Shown here piece by piece: positions 29,214-40,223 of a DNA stretch of 64,000 nucleotides. Location of the stretch: the NCBI GenBank assembly GCA_964459225.1, contig CAYWKB010000001.1:32356-96355 (forward strand). The letters run 5' to 3'. Every line of letters starts with the position of its first letter. Position 1 is the stretch's first letter. This DNA comes from an uncultured Candidatus Saccharibacteria bacterium. GTDB taxonomy: Bacteria; Patescibacteriota; Minisyncoccia; Phycocordibacterales; PALSA-1337. The notes under the pieces are model-generated. The model saw only the letters and a list, made by a program, of their open reading frames with translations. It was not told the origin of the DNA and did not search any database. The position numbers were made by a program, and so were the translations under genes.

Positions 29214-30128
29214 TTATTGTATACCTCTTTCTAACCTCACATTTTCTTGTATTTGTGCACCACTATTATCTCTACTGTATTTTAAAGATTGGACAACAAT
29301 AATTGGTACTATCGTTATTAGTAATATTGAAATTATTACACCATAAACAGTTAACGCTACAAATACTTTTTTCTGTTTTTTTAATTTTTCATCTGGCACA
29401 ACCTCAATCTTAATAGATTTCAATGAACTATATATTTTATAAATTAAAATAAAATATATCGATGATATCATGATTGGCACAAATTGATTTATAATTCCAA
29501 ACATAATCTCGGCATACTTTGGAAACATTGAAAAATGAACTAATATTATCTGAGGAACAATTATTACAAGTATAAAGAAAAAAGATATAAGAGAAGCAAC
29601 TAGAGTGACATTAAATACATTAACAGCATTTCCCTTAATATAATTATAACTTGCAATTAATGCTTGATATCCCTTTTTTTCTTCTTTAACTAAAACGACT
29701 TGTACCAACATCAGGTACATTCCAAGTATTAGAGCAGGAAGTATGAATGGCACAAATGAACCCATAACTACTATTGCCATTATTAGGGAAATTAAGAGTA
29801 CACTAGGAAGCTTTTTAAACGCGTATTTATATGATTCATTTAATGAAAAATTATTATTTTCAATATCCGACATAGATTTATAAAATATAATTGGTAATAA
29901 AATATTTATAAATGCTGACAACATCGAAATTATAAATGACACAAATGAAGATATTGATTCAATACCAGTCTCAAAACTTGGACCACTTGTTAGTGTCTGA
30001 GATACACCTATCAATAGAGGCACTAACATTATTGATAATATTATTTTGAAATTATCTCTGTAGTAGATTACTGACTCTTTAATTATTTGTGTAATTTTTG
30101 GAAAACTTCCAATTGTGTTTGTGTCCAT
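29214..30128 (-). CDS. Hypothetical multi-pass membrane protein
   Basis: About 7 TM segments. Confidence 0.7.
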   Translation of the reverse strand: MDTNTIGSFPKITQIIKESVIYYRDNFKIILSIMLVPLLIGVSQTLTSGPSFETGIESISSFVSFIISMLSAFINILLPIIFYKSMSDIENNNFSLNESYKYAFKKLPSVLLISLIMAIVVMGSFVPFILPALILGMYLMLVQVVLVKEEKKGYQALIASYNYIKGNAVNVFNVTLVASLISFFFILVIIVPQIILVHFSMFPKYAEIMFGIINQFVPIMISSIYFILIYKIYSSLKSIKIEVVPDEKLKKQKKVFVALTVYGVIISILLITIVPIIVVQSLKYSRDNSGAQIQENVRLERGIQ

Positions 30129-30211
30129 TTTATTTTTATTATTTTTTTCTATTATAACAAAAATAACACTATTTCTCCATAGTGTCTGTGTTGTTTTAAT
30201 TGAATACTTTG

Positions 30212-30322
30212 TACTGGCGACTAGCTACTTTCCCCTTCATATGAGTATCATCGCCGCAACTGCGTTTCACTTCCGTGTTCGGAATGGGAACGGGTGTTTC
30301 CACAGCGCCAAATCACCAGAAC
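30212..30322 (-). rRNA. rrf: 5S rRNA (compact)
   Basis: CACCCGTTCCCATTCCGAACACGGAAGTGAAAC...GCGATGATACT...GAAAGTAGCTAGTCGCCAG on minus strand. Confidence 0.93.
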
Positions 30323-30720
30323 AAAAAATTCAATCTGTTGATAAAAATTCAGATAAACAAAAGCTTATCGAATTTTAATAAATAAAGGTTTGTGCTTGTT
30401 ATAGACAAGTAATTGTGGTTCTTAAATTTCCTAATAGGATCGACGGATTAGTACTTCTCAGCTTAACATATTACTATGCGTACACCTAAAGCCTATCAAC
30501 GTAATCATCTCTTACGGGTCTCAAACGATTCCTAATCTTGGGGTTGGCTTCCTTCTTAGATGCTTTCAGAAGTTATCCATTCCGAACATAGCTACACTGC
30601 GATGCTCTTGGCAGAACAGCAGTCACACCAGAGGTTCGTTCAATTTGGTCCTCTCGTACTAAAATCAAATCCCCTCAAGAATCAACGCCTGCAGTAGATA
30701 GGAGACCAACCTGTCTCACG

Positions 30721-31276
30721 CTTGTTATCATAGATTACTCTATGCAATGGACTATAGCTTCACCTTCTTACGAAGGTTGTTAACGTTTAGTCTCTACGGG
30801 TGTTTATGAGTTTTGAAGAGAAGGCGAGACACAAGTTCCTGAGCTTTCGCCCCTCGTCCCCTAGGGGACTCTTAGGCGTGATTCCTTCGGATACGCCTAG
30901 CAATACATGTGCCTCACCAAAATTTGAGAACAAAAATTCTCTACAAAACTCACAAACTTCCCTCGGTATTATCCCTTTTTCATGGACTTCCACCGATTTT
31001 AGTTAACTTGATCTTTCTTATATTACTATAAGTGACCGCCGTGTTTGATTGATCTACTTCCTATACTTTTATTTTGTATAAATGTTACTTTATACTTTTC
31101 TTAAACGAAAAACTCGAAGTGATTCAGACTGTTCAATTGTTATAATTGCTTTACAAAATTATATTTCTCAAAATACTCGCATACTTTTCTGCTGAAAAGT
31201 TGCTCTTCTCGGCGCCAAGCGCCTGCGAAAGGTATTTTTCGAAACAAATTTTGCTCCGCTTAGTCATCACAACTAA
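30721..31276 (-). other. Group I intron in 23S at E. coli-equivalent L2593 (556 nt, no homing endonuclease ORF seen)
   Basis: Splits GACCGU|CGUGAG; ends in G; IGS CACG-GCGGUC; AAAUCGGUGGAA...AAUACCGAG core, GUAGAGACUA / AUAGUCC P7. Confidence 0.9.
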
Positions 31277-31940
31277 ACGGTCTGAACCCAGCTCGCGTAA
31301 CTTTTTAATTGGCGAACAGCCAAACCCTTGGAAGCTTCTCCACCTCCAGGATAAGTTGAGCCGACATCGAGGTGCCGAACTGCGCCGTCGCTATGAACGC
31401 TTAGGCGCAACCAGCCTGTTATCCCTAGAGTAGCTTTTGGTCCGATAATCTTCCCCCGCGTCTAATGCGTAAGGTCGGTTCACTATGTTCTGCTTTCGCA
31501 TCTGTTCGACAAGTACGTCTTACAGTCAAGCCAGCTTATGCCATTACACTATCGGCACGGTTTCCATTCGCGCCTAGCTGACCTTAATAAACTCCTCCGT
31601 TACTTTTTAGGAGGATAGCGCCCCACTAAAACTGCCCGCCAGATTCTGTCTCTTGCCGTTTTTGCCGTCAAGGTTAGAATATATATTTTTTAAGAATGGT
31701 ATTTCACTGTCGGATCCATCTTCCCCGAAAGAAAAACTTCAAATCCTCCCATCTACGCTACGCATAAAAAACATATAGTCAAAATCAAGTTGCAGTAAAG
31801 CTTCTAGGGTCTTTTCGTCTAACTGCAGGTAATCGGCATCTTCACCGATATTGTATTTTCACCGAGCAAGTCTCCGAGACAGTTCTCCAGACATTACACT
31901 ATTCGTGCGCGTCAGAACTTACCTGACAAGGAATTTCGCT

Positions 31941-32159
31941 CTACTATTCCTTTAAGCACAGTAGGACTCTATCTTCATCCTCACCTTTCGGAGTTGGGAT
32001 GCGTGGGGTTGGTCTCTATTTACCCACATGGACTCCACATTTGATTACTCAAATGCAGGTAGCTTGTTTATGTAATATTTTAACTTAATTTATCTAAAAA
32101 CGATTCACTTTTGCTATATAACAGTCCCAGTCCTCCTGTAGCTAAATCTTAGCTACAGG
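31941..32159 (-). other. Short degenerate group I-like intron in 23S at L1931 (219 nt)
   Basis: Splits CCUAAGGU|AGCGAAAUU; ends in G; P3 GUGGG/CCCAC, AGAGACC / GAGUCC P7-like, P8, P9; no room for P4-P6. Confidence 0.8.
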
Positions 32160-32194
<35 letters not shown>

Positions 32195-32997
32195 CAGGGC
32201 TTACAACAGTCAGCTTGATATAATCGCACCGCCGTTGTTTGACCTTCTGGCATTGGTCAAGTGTCACCCCCTATACATCCTCTTACGAGTTCGCAGGGAG
32301 CTGTGTTTTTGATAAACAGTTGCCAGAGATACTTTAGCTGCGGCCCTTCTTGCGAAGGGCAAGCCTTATTCCGAAGTTACGGCTGATTTTTTGCCGAGTT
32401 CCTTGGAGACCTCTCACTCGTTCGCCTTGGTCTACTCGACCTGAACACCTGTGTCGGTTTGCGGTACGGTTCCTGCATAGATAAGTTTAGAAGATTTTCT
32501 TGGAAGCGCGCTTTATAACATCTAAAAGGGCGAACCCCTCTATTTTCACTCTACTCGGAATTGTCATCAAAGACATTACCCGGATTTTCCTGGGTAAATT
32601 CCCTATAGCATGAACTCAAATCCAATAATGAGCGTCATATACTGCACTCCGTCCCTTCATCACTCTATACAAAAGTCATGGAATATTAACCATGTGTCCA
32701 TCGGGTGCGGTTTTCACCATCCCCTTAGGCCCGACTAACCCTTGGCTGATTTACATAGCCAAGGAAACCTTGTTCTTTCGGCGTGCCGGATTCTCACCGG
32801 CATTGTGGTTACTTGTGCCAACATTCTTACTTCCAAACGCTCCAGCATGGCTCACGCCTTTGCCTTCAACGCAGATTGGAATACTCTCCTACCACTGTAT
32901 ATTATCGAAATAAAATACAATCCTCAGTTTCGGTATCATGTTTAACCCCGATTATCTGCGGCGCAGAATCTCTCGATGAGTGAGCTGTTACGCTTTC

Positions 32998-33029
<32 letters not shown>

Positions 33030-33602
33030 TCATTGTTTGAGAAATTCAACCACCTTAAGCGTACTTAACATGAATTTAGGGACCTTAAATGGAGATCTAG
33101 GCTGTTTCCTTTTTGACGTATGGAGCTTAGCCCCCACCGTCTAACTGCTGAATAATTTAACCTCTGTATTCGGAGTTTGATAGGTCTCGTGATCTTTCGA
33201 CCTGTCGAGACCTTCCAGTGCTCTACCCCAGAGGGGTACATTCAACGCTAGCCCAAAAGCTATTTCGGAGAGAACCAGCTATTACCAGATTCGATTAGCT
33301 TATCACTCCTTACCTCAAGTCATCGCAGAGAATTGCACAACTCTAGCGTTCGGACCTCCCTTTCCACTTCTGAAAAGTTCATCCTGCTCAAGGCAAGCTC
33401 ATCTGGCTTCGGGTCTGATGCATACTACGAACGCGCTATTCACACTCGGTTTCCCTGTGGCTCCAGTCTCTCGACCTTAGCCTGCAGCATGCTTCAACTC
33501 GTTGGCTCATTCTTCAATAGGCACGCAGTCGAGGTATTGCTACCTCTTCTACTCCTTGTAAATATATGGTTTCAGGTCTATTTCATCGCCCTTACCGGGC
33601 TG

Positions 33603-33642
<40 letters not shown>

Positions 33643-34498
33643 TTCTAGAATATTTAGCCTTACCGGTTAGTTCCGGCAGATTCCCCCGAGCTATTCGTGT
33701 CTCGAGGTACTCAAGAATAGGAACAAAAAAGATCTTTTGATTTCGACTACAGGGCTATCACCTTCTGGGGCTAAGCTTTCCAGCTTATTCTTCTATCAAA
33801 AAATTTTGTAACTTTTCTGTTATAAATAACACGTTCCTACCTTACTACCCCCAACCTTTATCGCACGATAGGACATGAGAGACATTGCTGTCCCCCAAAA
33901 TTCCTATAGCACGATAAAGGTTGAGTTTGGGCTCTTCCGCTTTCGCTCGCCGCTACTTACGAAATTCTTATTTAGTCTCTATTCCTCCAGGTACTGAAAT
34001 GTTTTACTTCCCTGGGTGCGCATTCAAATATCAAGTACTTGAATTCTGACTCGAGGTCAGAGGGTTTCCCCATTCGGAGTCTTCCGGATCAAAGGTTGCT
34101 AGGCACCTCCCCGGAAAATATCGTCGCCATGCCACGTCCTTCATCGCTTCTTAGAAGCCTAGGCATCCACCATATACTCTTAAATTTCCCATTAGGAAAT
34201 CTAAAAACCACAATTATTTGTCTACAACTTACAACATACTATTTAATGTATATATTCGAAAAAACCCTAACATATATACATCTTATAGTATTACCTTTAT
34301 TTATCACTCAGTAACTTCCTGATTGTTGAAATTACTGAGTTATTTAATTGTCAATGTTTCTGTCATTATGTTATTGAATTTTTCATTTCAATTTTACAAA
34401 AAAATCGCTTTATTAAGCGACCTTTCCTAACACCGTTTTAAAGCGTTATTATGGCCGTTTAAATAGTGAAGTTTTTAACATATTTCTGTGTAAGGGAT

Positions 34499-34527
34499 AG
34501 TGTATACGAAGGTGAAATTAAAGTCAA
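34499..34527 (-). promoter_or_regulatory. 23S-5S promoter
   Basis: TTGACT-N17-TACACT on minus strand; boxA-like CATTGACAATT at ~34346-34356. Confidence 0.65.
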
Positions 34528-34601
34528 TAGCGATACATAAAATAGAACAAAAAACACACATTTCTGTGTGCTTTTTGTTTGATAATTAATTTAAAATTAA
34601 A

Positions 34602-35294
34602 TTACTCTTTATCTGAAATAGCTCTGATTGTCTTTTCAACTATCTCTCCCGCTGCCTCCTTTCCTCCTAATCCAAATGACAATCCTAGTGCTAGAGCAAT
34701 AGCTACTATTATTCCCATAAACAATGTATTTAGAAGTGTTTGAGCAATACCTAGTTGGTATAATGCTGCTAAGACTGCAAATACCCATATTGACCACTTT
34801 GCTACTGCGCCAAGCATTAATGCTGACTTAATATGTGCAGCACGTGCTGAAGCAACAACTATTCTGTGTACTGCATCAGCTATAACTGCTGATACCATAA
34901 TTACAAGAACTGCTACTATAACATTTGGTAAATATGAAAGAACAACACTCTTTAGAAAATCATTTACTTGCTGTAGTCCTAGAACATCAAATGATGCAAC
35001 CAAGAAAACCACAATGATAAACCACTTTATAAGTGATCCAACAAATCTTCCTGAGTTAAGCTTATGTCCTGATCTCTCAACAACATCCTCTAGACCTGCT
35101 GTCTTAAGAGCTTGATCTATTTTGAATGTCTTAAATAGACCTTCGATTAATTTTTCAACTAATGCTGCCAATATCCAACCGATAGCAAAAATGATTATCG
35201 CTATTACAAGTGTTGGTAAAAAGTCTGCAATACCAAACCATATACTTTGTAATGACTGTGTAAATACGACACCCCAATTTTCTACAAAATTCAT
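34602..35294 (-). CDS. TM-helix repeat protein (CmpX / MscS-type membrane domain)
   Basis: Repeated FLP/YLP-xxxxA-IIIF segments; LSFGLGGKE. Confidence 0.8.
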   Translation of the reverse strand: MNFVENWGVVFTQSLQSIWFGIADFLPTLVIAIIIFAIGWILAALVEKLIEGLFKTFKIDQALKTAGLEDVVERSGHKLNSGRFVGSLIKWFIIVVFLVASFDVLGLQQVNDFLKSVVLSYLPNVIVAVLVIMVSAVIADAVHRIVVASARAAHIKSALMLGAVAKWSIWVFAVLAALYQLGIAQTLLNTLFMGIIVAIALALGLSFGLGGKEAAGEIVEKTIRAISDKE

Positions 35295-35348
35295 AATTTA
35301 AATTAAATTAGCCTTGTTAATAATTACTAATACAATAATTATAACATT

Positions 35349-35975
35349 TTATTTATTTAGAATTCCAAGCTTATCCACAAGTATAGTATGTGGTGAATCT
35401 AAAATATCTCTAATCAATCTATCGTGAATACCTAACCTGTATTCAAAATCTGTAGTTTCAAATGCTGAATATGCTATTTCCCTCCCTATTTCTGATTCTA
35501 TATTTTTAATAACGATTTCTAATTTACTCATATTTAAATCATCTCCAACTATAAGCAAATCGACTCTAGAATCCCATTCTTGTATAAAAAGACCTGAAGC
35601 GAGGAATAATTTCATCTTTCCTGCTGTGCCAATTTTTCTAACCAAACTATCATCTGCATGTAGACTTGCTGTAATTAAGAGATTTTTAAGTGATTGTAAA
35701 TAAGGAAATTTTGTATCTAAAACATAGCCGACATCATTTAACTTTTTTATAACAACCTTTTTACCCTTTTTCTGATGTATCTCTCTAGTAATATTTCTCT
35801 TTTTAATTAGACCAATATTTAGCAGTATTGTGATTTCCTTTTTTATGTCTTTTATATTTGATTTTGACCTTTCTACAATATCAACAATCGGATATGCTAT
35901 ATCAGTATTAAATAGGAACATTCTCATTATTTTGACCTTGGTGGCGTTTCCGAATAACTTTTCTAGTATTTCCAT
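35349..35975 (-). CDS. Winged-HTH plus nucleotidyltransferase-like domain protein
   Basis: LFG...KIMRMFLFN HTH region; SGLF...VDLLIVGD; EIGREIAYS. Confidence 0.7.
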   Translation of the reverse strand: MEILEKLFGNATKVKIMRMFLFNTDIAYPIVDIVERSKSNIKDIKKEITILLNIGLIKKRNITREIHQKKGKKVVIKKLNDVGYVLDTKFPYLQSLKNLLITASLHADDSLVRKIGTAGKMKLFLASGLFIQEWDSRVDLLIVGDDLNMSKLEIVIKNIESEIGREIAYSAFETTDFEYRLGIHDRLIRDILDSPHTILVDKLGILNK

Positions 35976-36038
35976 ATTTCACATAATAACAAAAAACCAC
36001 CGTGATGTCAGGTGGTTTTTTGTTGTATAATATTTTAT

Positions 36039-36419
36039 TTATTTATATTCTACCTTACCTCCAGCTTCCTCTATTTTCTTCTTTAGTACATCTGCATCCT
36101 CTTTCTTCATTCCGTCCTTTACTAATATTGGAGCTCCATCAACCATATCCTTTGCCTCCTTTAGTCCAAGACCTAATGCTTCCTTTACAACCTTTATAAC
36201 AGCGATCTTTTGATCACCTGCTGCTGTTAAGTGAAGTGCAACAGTTGATTTTTCATCTGATGCGGCTGCTGCAACTGGTGCTGCAACTGCTACCGCGGCT
36301 GCTGAAACACCGAATTTCTTTTCTAATAATTTAACTAATTCATTTAGATCAAGAACTGACATAGTCTCAATAGACTCTACAATTGACTTGAACTTTGCTG
36401 GTACTTCTACTGTTTCCAT
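36039..36419 (-). CDS. rplL: 50S ribosomal protein bL12
   Basis: [26 protein letters not shown]. Confidence 0.97.
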   Translation of the reverse strand: METVEVPAKFKSIVESIETMSVLDLNELVKLLEKKFGVSAAAVAVAAPVAAAASDEKSTVALHLTAAGDQKIAVIKVVKEALGLGLKEAKDMVDGAPILVKDGMKKEDADVLKKKIEEAGGKVEYK

Positions 36420-36462
36420 TTTTTTAATTTTAATTTAATAATTTATAATTTCAATTTTAAAC

Positions 36463-36954
36463 CTAAGCTGTCTTTTTCTTTGCTATTTGATCAAGTGCCA
36501 TTACAAATCCTTGTATTGGTGAATTTATAACGTTTACAAACATACCACGAAGTGTATTTACAGAAGGTATTAGGGCTATTCCCATCATTTCCTCCTTTGT
36601 CATATACTTACCATCAAATACTCCCCCGAGAATAGTTATATTGCCCTTATATTTCTTTTGGAATTCATATACCTCACGTGCAGGTGCGATAAGATCTGGA
36701 CCAAATGCTAGACCTACCTCTCCTGTAAGTTCAGGTAATATTCCTTCTATTTTCTTTGATTCAAGAGCCTTTCTTGTAAGACTTTTCTTTGATACAAAAA
36801 ATCCTACATTTTCACTCTTCAATTTTCTACGTACCAATGTAGTATCTCCCACATTTAATCCGTGAAAATTAACAAAGATCATAGAGTTGGCGTCCTTAAC
36901 TATACTTTGGAGTTTTTCAAGTATTTCCTTTTTCTCTACTTTTGTTCTTGCCAT
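36463..36954 (-). CDS. rplJ: 50S ribosomal protein uL10
   Basis: uL10 motifs; directly upstream of rplL. Confidence 0.95.
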   Translation of the reverse strand: MARTKVEKKEILEKLQSIVKDANSMIFVNFHGLNVGDTTLVRRKLKSENVGFFVSKKSLTRKALESKKIEGILPELTGEVGLAFGPDLIAPAREVYEFQKKYKGNITILGGVFDGKYMTKEEMMGIALIPSVNTLRGMFVNVINSPIQGFVMALDQIAKKKTA

Positions 36955-36974
36955 TTTATTTAATTATTTAATAA

Positions 36975-37075
36975 CTAGCGACCTTTATAAGGATATAGAG
37001 TGGTTCTATTTAAAAATAGAAGAACCTCGGAAGGATATTAAAGGGATATTCCCATACCTTCTGTCTCTGGCCTTA
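36975..37075 (-). promoter_or_regulatory. L10 leader (ribosomal protein autoregulatory RNA)
   Basis: GAGACAGAAGGU...UUUAAUAUCCUUCCGAGG pattern upstream of rplJ. Confidence 0.7.
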
Positions 37076-37141
37076 TGAAATATAAGTTAACAAAATAGAG
37101 CAGATTAGTCAAACTTTGTCGCGTATTACAAAATAAGAATA

Positions 37142-39910
37142 CTATTTATTTTGAATTTCTATATCTTTTATCATTTTTTCAATCCCCGTAATGGTCTTTG
37201 TGAATTCCGAGTTATTAAGCTTTATTTCTTTGATTTTAATGTTGGTAGTAATCATGGTGTTATCGGGTTTATAACCATTTTTTCTTAATTTAGTCTCAAG
37301 CCTGCTGATTTTCATAAGTAGGCTATTGACTCTTTTATCTTCATTCACCCTAATAGAAAATAGTATCTTTTTCAATGTAGCAATATAGGTAGATAGATCA
37401 GAAATTGGTCCCAATTTACTTTCTGAAATCAAATCATCTGATTTATTAATAAAATCAATTGTGTTATTACCATCAATATCTATCTTTATTTGCGAACTAC
37501 TTGCAAAGTCTATTGTACTTGTAGCGAGTTCGATTTCGGCTATTGAATTTGTAGTTATTGGCATATCACTAAAATTAATCGAAGTTATTGTATTATCATT
37601 TTGTATTACTCTTGCATCGACAGAAAAAGGGGCTGTGTCCAAACCTTTCAACTTAATCTTATACTGCATTCCATCGTATGGAAGTATTAACATTTTTACC
37701 CTACCATACTCCTCATAATACGAGTCTGGTATATCGGTATCATATTTATTAATATCATTTGAAATACTCAGATTATCTACAGCTCTTCCTGTATGATTAC
37801 CATCCTCATCATATGCATCAATACTTACCGGTGAATGAACCTTAACACTTAGATACTTTGTATCATCAACTGGTTTAGTAGCTGAAAAATATGAGTCATA
37901 GGTGTTAGCAATTTGATTATTTACGGTCACTAAACTATTTATTTTTTCAATCAATTCATCTGAATTAAATATATTTGAATGATTAATACTTAATTTCTTA
38001 GCAGTCTTTAATTTTTTTAAATTTAGATATTCAGTATTTGAACCGTTTATAAAATCACTCATATTTATAACAGTTCCGTCACCATCATTCGTGAAAATAG
38101 GATTAAATTCAATGGGACATTTTAATACAAAACAGTGCGGCTCTCTTTGATACTCAATACCTTGAGTTGTGATATTGCCCCATCCTTTAATATTTACTAT
38201 TTTTGTGGAGCTTGAAATCAACAAATTATCTAAGGTATTGTGTAAATTTTCACTTTCGGTGAGTAAGGTTTTATTTAATAATAGAGGAATATTTATATCA
38301 TCAGTGTTTTTAAGAGAAAAAGAATTACCAATTAAAAAATCCTTAATCTGCGTATAACCGGACAAAACCTTGCTCGAAGTAGCGCTACTATATGAATCTA
38401 TAATCTTAATATCTTTATTATTATCAAATATTTTTAATGATGGTAGCAAACCATATGCACCAGGCAAGTTTTGTGAAAATTTTCTGGATTTATTCTCAGT
38501 TAAAAATATTCCCCCAAGTATAGACTGACCATAGCCATGCAACATTCCTAATAGAGCCTGTGGTGTACCGAGATCAGGCACAGCAACAAAAATTATCTTA
38601 TCTATAGTATCACCCCTACCCTTATCATTTAATTTCTTTATAAGTGCCTTTGTAAATAAACCACCATTACTATGAGAAATTATAGTTACCTTACCCGTCT
38701 TTGATGTTGAAGCCATGCTATATACACTGTTTATCACATTATTATCAATTAATGAAAAAACATTATATCTCCAATCATATGGTATTGATTTCCATGAATT
38801 TATATTTTTATTTTCAACAATATGATTTAAATAGTCAATTAAATTGGAATATATACTTTTAACACCGTATGCTTTATCAATAATATCCTTAGCGTATATT
38901 CCACTATTTATACTTTGCCCCTTAACATTCATACTTAAAATATCTATATCCTTTTCCCTATTTGGCTCCCATAGCATATTTGTACTAGTGCCTAATACAC
39001 CCTTATCATCTTTATATAATCTAGTCGCTTGTATGCCGGGTATAAAAATTATATTTGAGCAACATATATCAGGAGATACAATATTGTCTTTCCAGGGACT
39101 ATAGATAACGTCTCCTAGTATAATATCGCCAAATTGATCATTTTTAATTGTATCTTGTGTATTTGGTCCCTTAGCATTACCCCACCAATTGTCTTCAGCA
39201 AATACAGGATTTGTCGACGAATTGTCTATTGCATAATTTTGATTATCAAATAAATTTGAATTAGAAATGTTAATAATATTTTGATAAATATCTAAATCAT
39301 ATTGACCATCTTCCCTTGCCATTATTACAGCATTTCCAATACCACCTATTTCAGATTTTATATTATTCTTAACCTGGAATACCTGACCTTCGTATTCTGA
39401 TTTTATACCGTTAATATTATTATTTATTGTACTATTATCTATTTTTAAATTACTACCTCTTGAAATAATGGCATTTTTTGAATTTTTAATTATTGAGTTT
39501 GTAATTGTGGTTGTACTTTTTTCTAAAATCAATTCTGAATTATCAAAAACCGCGTATTTAATTACTGAATTATTTGAAACCAGATTGATTTCACCCAAAT
39601 CTTTAAACAAAACTTCATTATCTTTACTGCCATTAATGTTAATGCCTCCATCTACTGTGATTGCCACCCTATCATTTTCATCATTTTTTAAAGATTCAAT
39701 TTTAACACCGCTATCAATATTTAATTTATATTTATCAGGAATATATATTGATTCATCAATAATATATGGACTACCACTGTCTTTCCACTCCAAATTATCT
39801 AATATGTTTGCAGAGTTGATATGAGTAAGTGCCGAAACCATCTTTAGTGGAAATAACAATATAAAGAAAGTAATTATAGAAATGATTATATATGGATTTT
39901 TGATTTTCAT
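37142..39910 (-). CDS. Large secreted protein: beta-helix region plus alpha/beta hydrolase (LCAT/lipase-like)
   Basis: Signal peptide; NWWG; FIPGI, PYDWR, SHSNGG nucleophile elbow, PDLGTP, GDGTV. Confidence 0.8.
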   Translation of the reverse strand: MKIKNPYIIISIITFFILLFPLKMVSALTHINSANILDNLEWKDSGSPYIIDESIYIPDKYKLNIDSGVKIESLKNDENDRVAITVDGGININGSKDNEVLFKDLGEINLVSNNSVIKYAVFDNSELILEKSTTTITNSIIKNSKNAIISRGSNLKIDNSTINNNINGIKSEYEGQVFQVKNNIKSEIGGIGNAVIMAREDGQYDLDIYQNIINISNSNLFDNQNYAIDNSSTNPVFAEDNWWGNAKGPNTQDTIKNDQFGDIILGDVIYSPWKDNIVSPDICCSNIIFIPGIQATRLYKDDKGVLGTSTNMLWEPNREKDIDILSMNVKGQSINSGIYAKDIIDKAYGVKSIYSNLIDYLNHIVENKNINSWKSIPYDWRYNVFSLIDNNVINSVYSMASTSKTGKVTIISHSNGGLFTKALIKKLNDKGRGDTIDKIIFVAVPDLGTPQALLGMLHGYGQSILGGIFLTENKSRKFSQNLPGAYGLLPSLKIFDNNKDIKIIDSYSSATSSKVLSGYTQIKDFLIGNSFSLKNTDDINIPLLLNKTLLTESENLHNTLDNLLISSSTKIVNIKGWGNITTQGIEYQREPHCFVLKCPIEFNPIFTNDGDGTVINMSDFINGSNTEYLNLKKLKTAKKLSINHSNIFNSDELIEKINSLVTVNNQIANTYDSYFSATKPVDDTKYLSVKVHSPVSIDAYDEDGNHTGRAVDNLSISNDINKYDTDIPDSYYEEYGRVKMLILPYDGMQYKIKLKGLDTAPFSVDARVIQNDNTITSINFSDMPITTNSIAEIELATSTIDFASSSQIKIDIDGNNTIDFINKSDDLISESKLGPISDLSTYIATLKKILFSIRVNEDKRVNSLLMKISRLETKLRKNGYKPDNTMITTNIKIKEIKLNNSEFTKTITGIEKMIKDIEIQNK

Positions 39911-39955
39911 ATGAAGTTAATTAAGCTATTAATTAACTTATATTAATCTATACCG

Positions 39956-40012
39956 ATGAAATCCAAATAAAATCGAAATAAAATCTAAATGAAATTTTTA
40001 TCAGGATTTCAT
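39956..40012. repeat. ~57-bp AT-rich dispersed repeat, copy 1 (copy 2 at 50350-50406)
   Basis: Shared ATGAAATCC and AATAAAATCTAAATGAAATTTTTAT core. Confidence 0.75.
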
Positions 40013-40072
40013 TTTGTACTTTCCAATTAATGGGATTTGATTAAATGATGTGTCGTTAAATATGAAAGATGA

Positions 40073-40222
40073 TTATTTACCTGTCTGCAAAACCTTAACT
40101 TGTTGTGAGTTTAAACTAGTACTGTATTGACCAACAAAAAGCATCATTAAAAAACTTGCACATAATATAAAACTGAAACCTAAAATAAATTTAAAAAAGT
40201 TTTGATCAAAAGGGTTTTTCAT
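40073..40222 (-). CDS. 49-aa single-TM protein MKNPFDQNFFKFILGFSFILCASFLMMLFVGQYSTSLNSQQVKVLQTGK
   Basis: Manual translation; starts 1 nt after the upstream stop codon; not in ORF track. Confidence 0.65.
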   Translation of the reverse strand: MKNPFDQNFFKFILGFSFILCASFLMMLFVGQYSTSLNSQQVKVLQTGK

Positions 40223-40223
40223 A

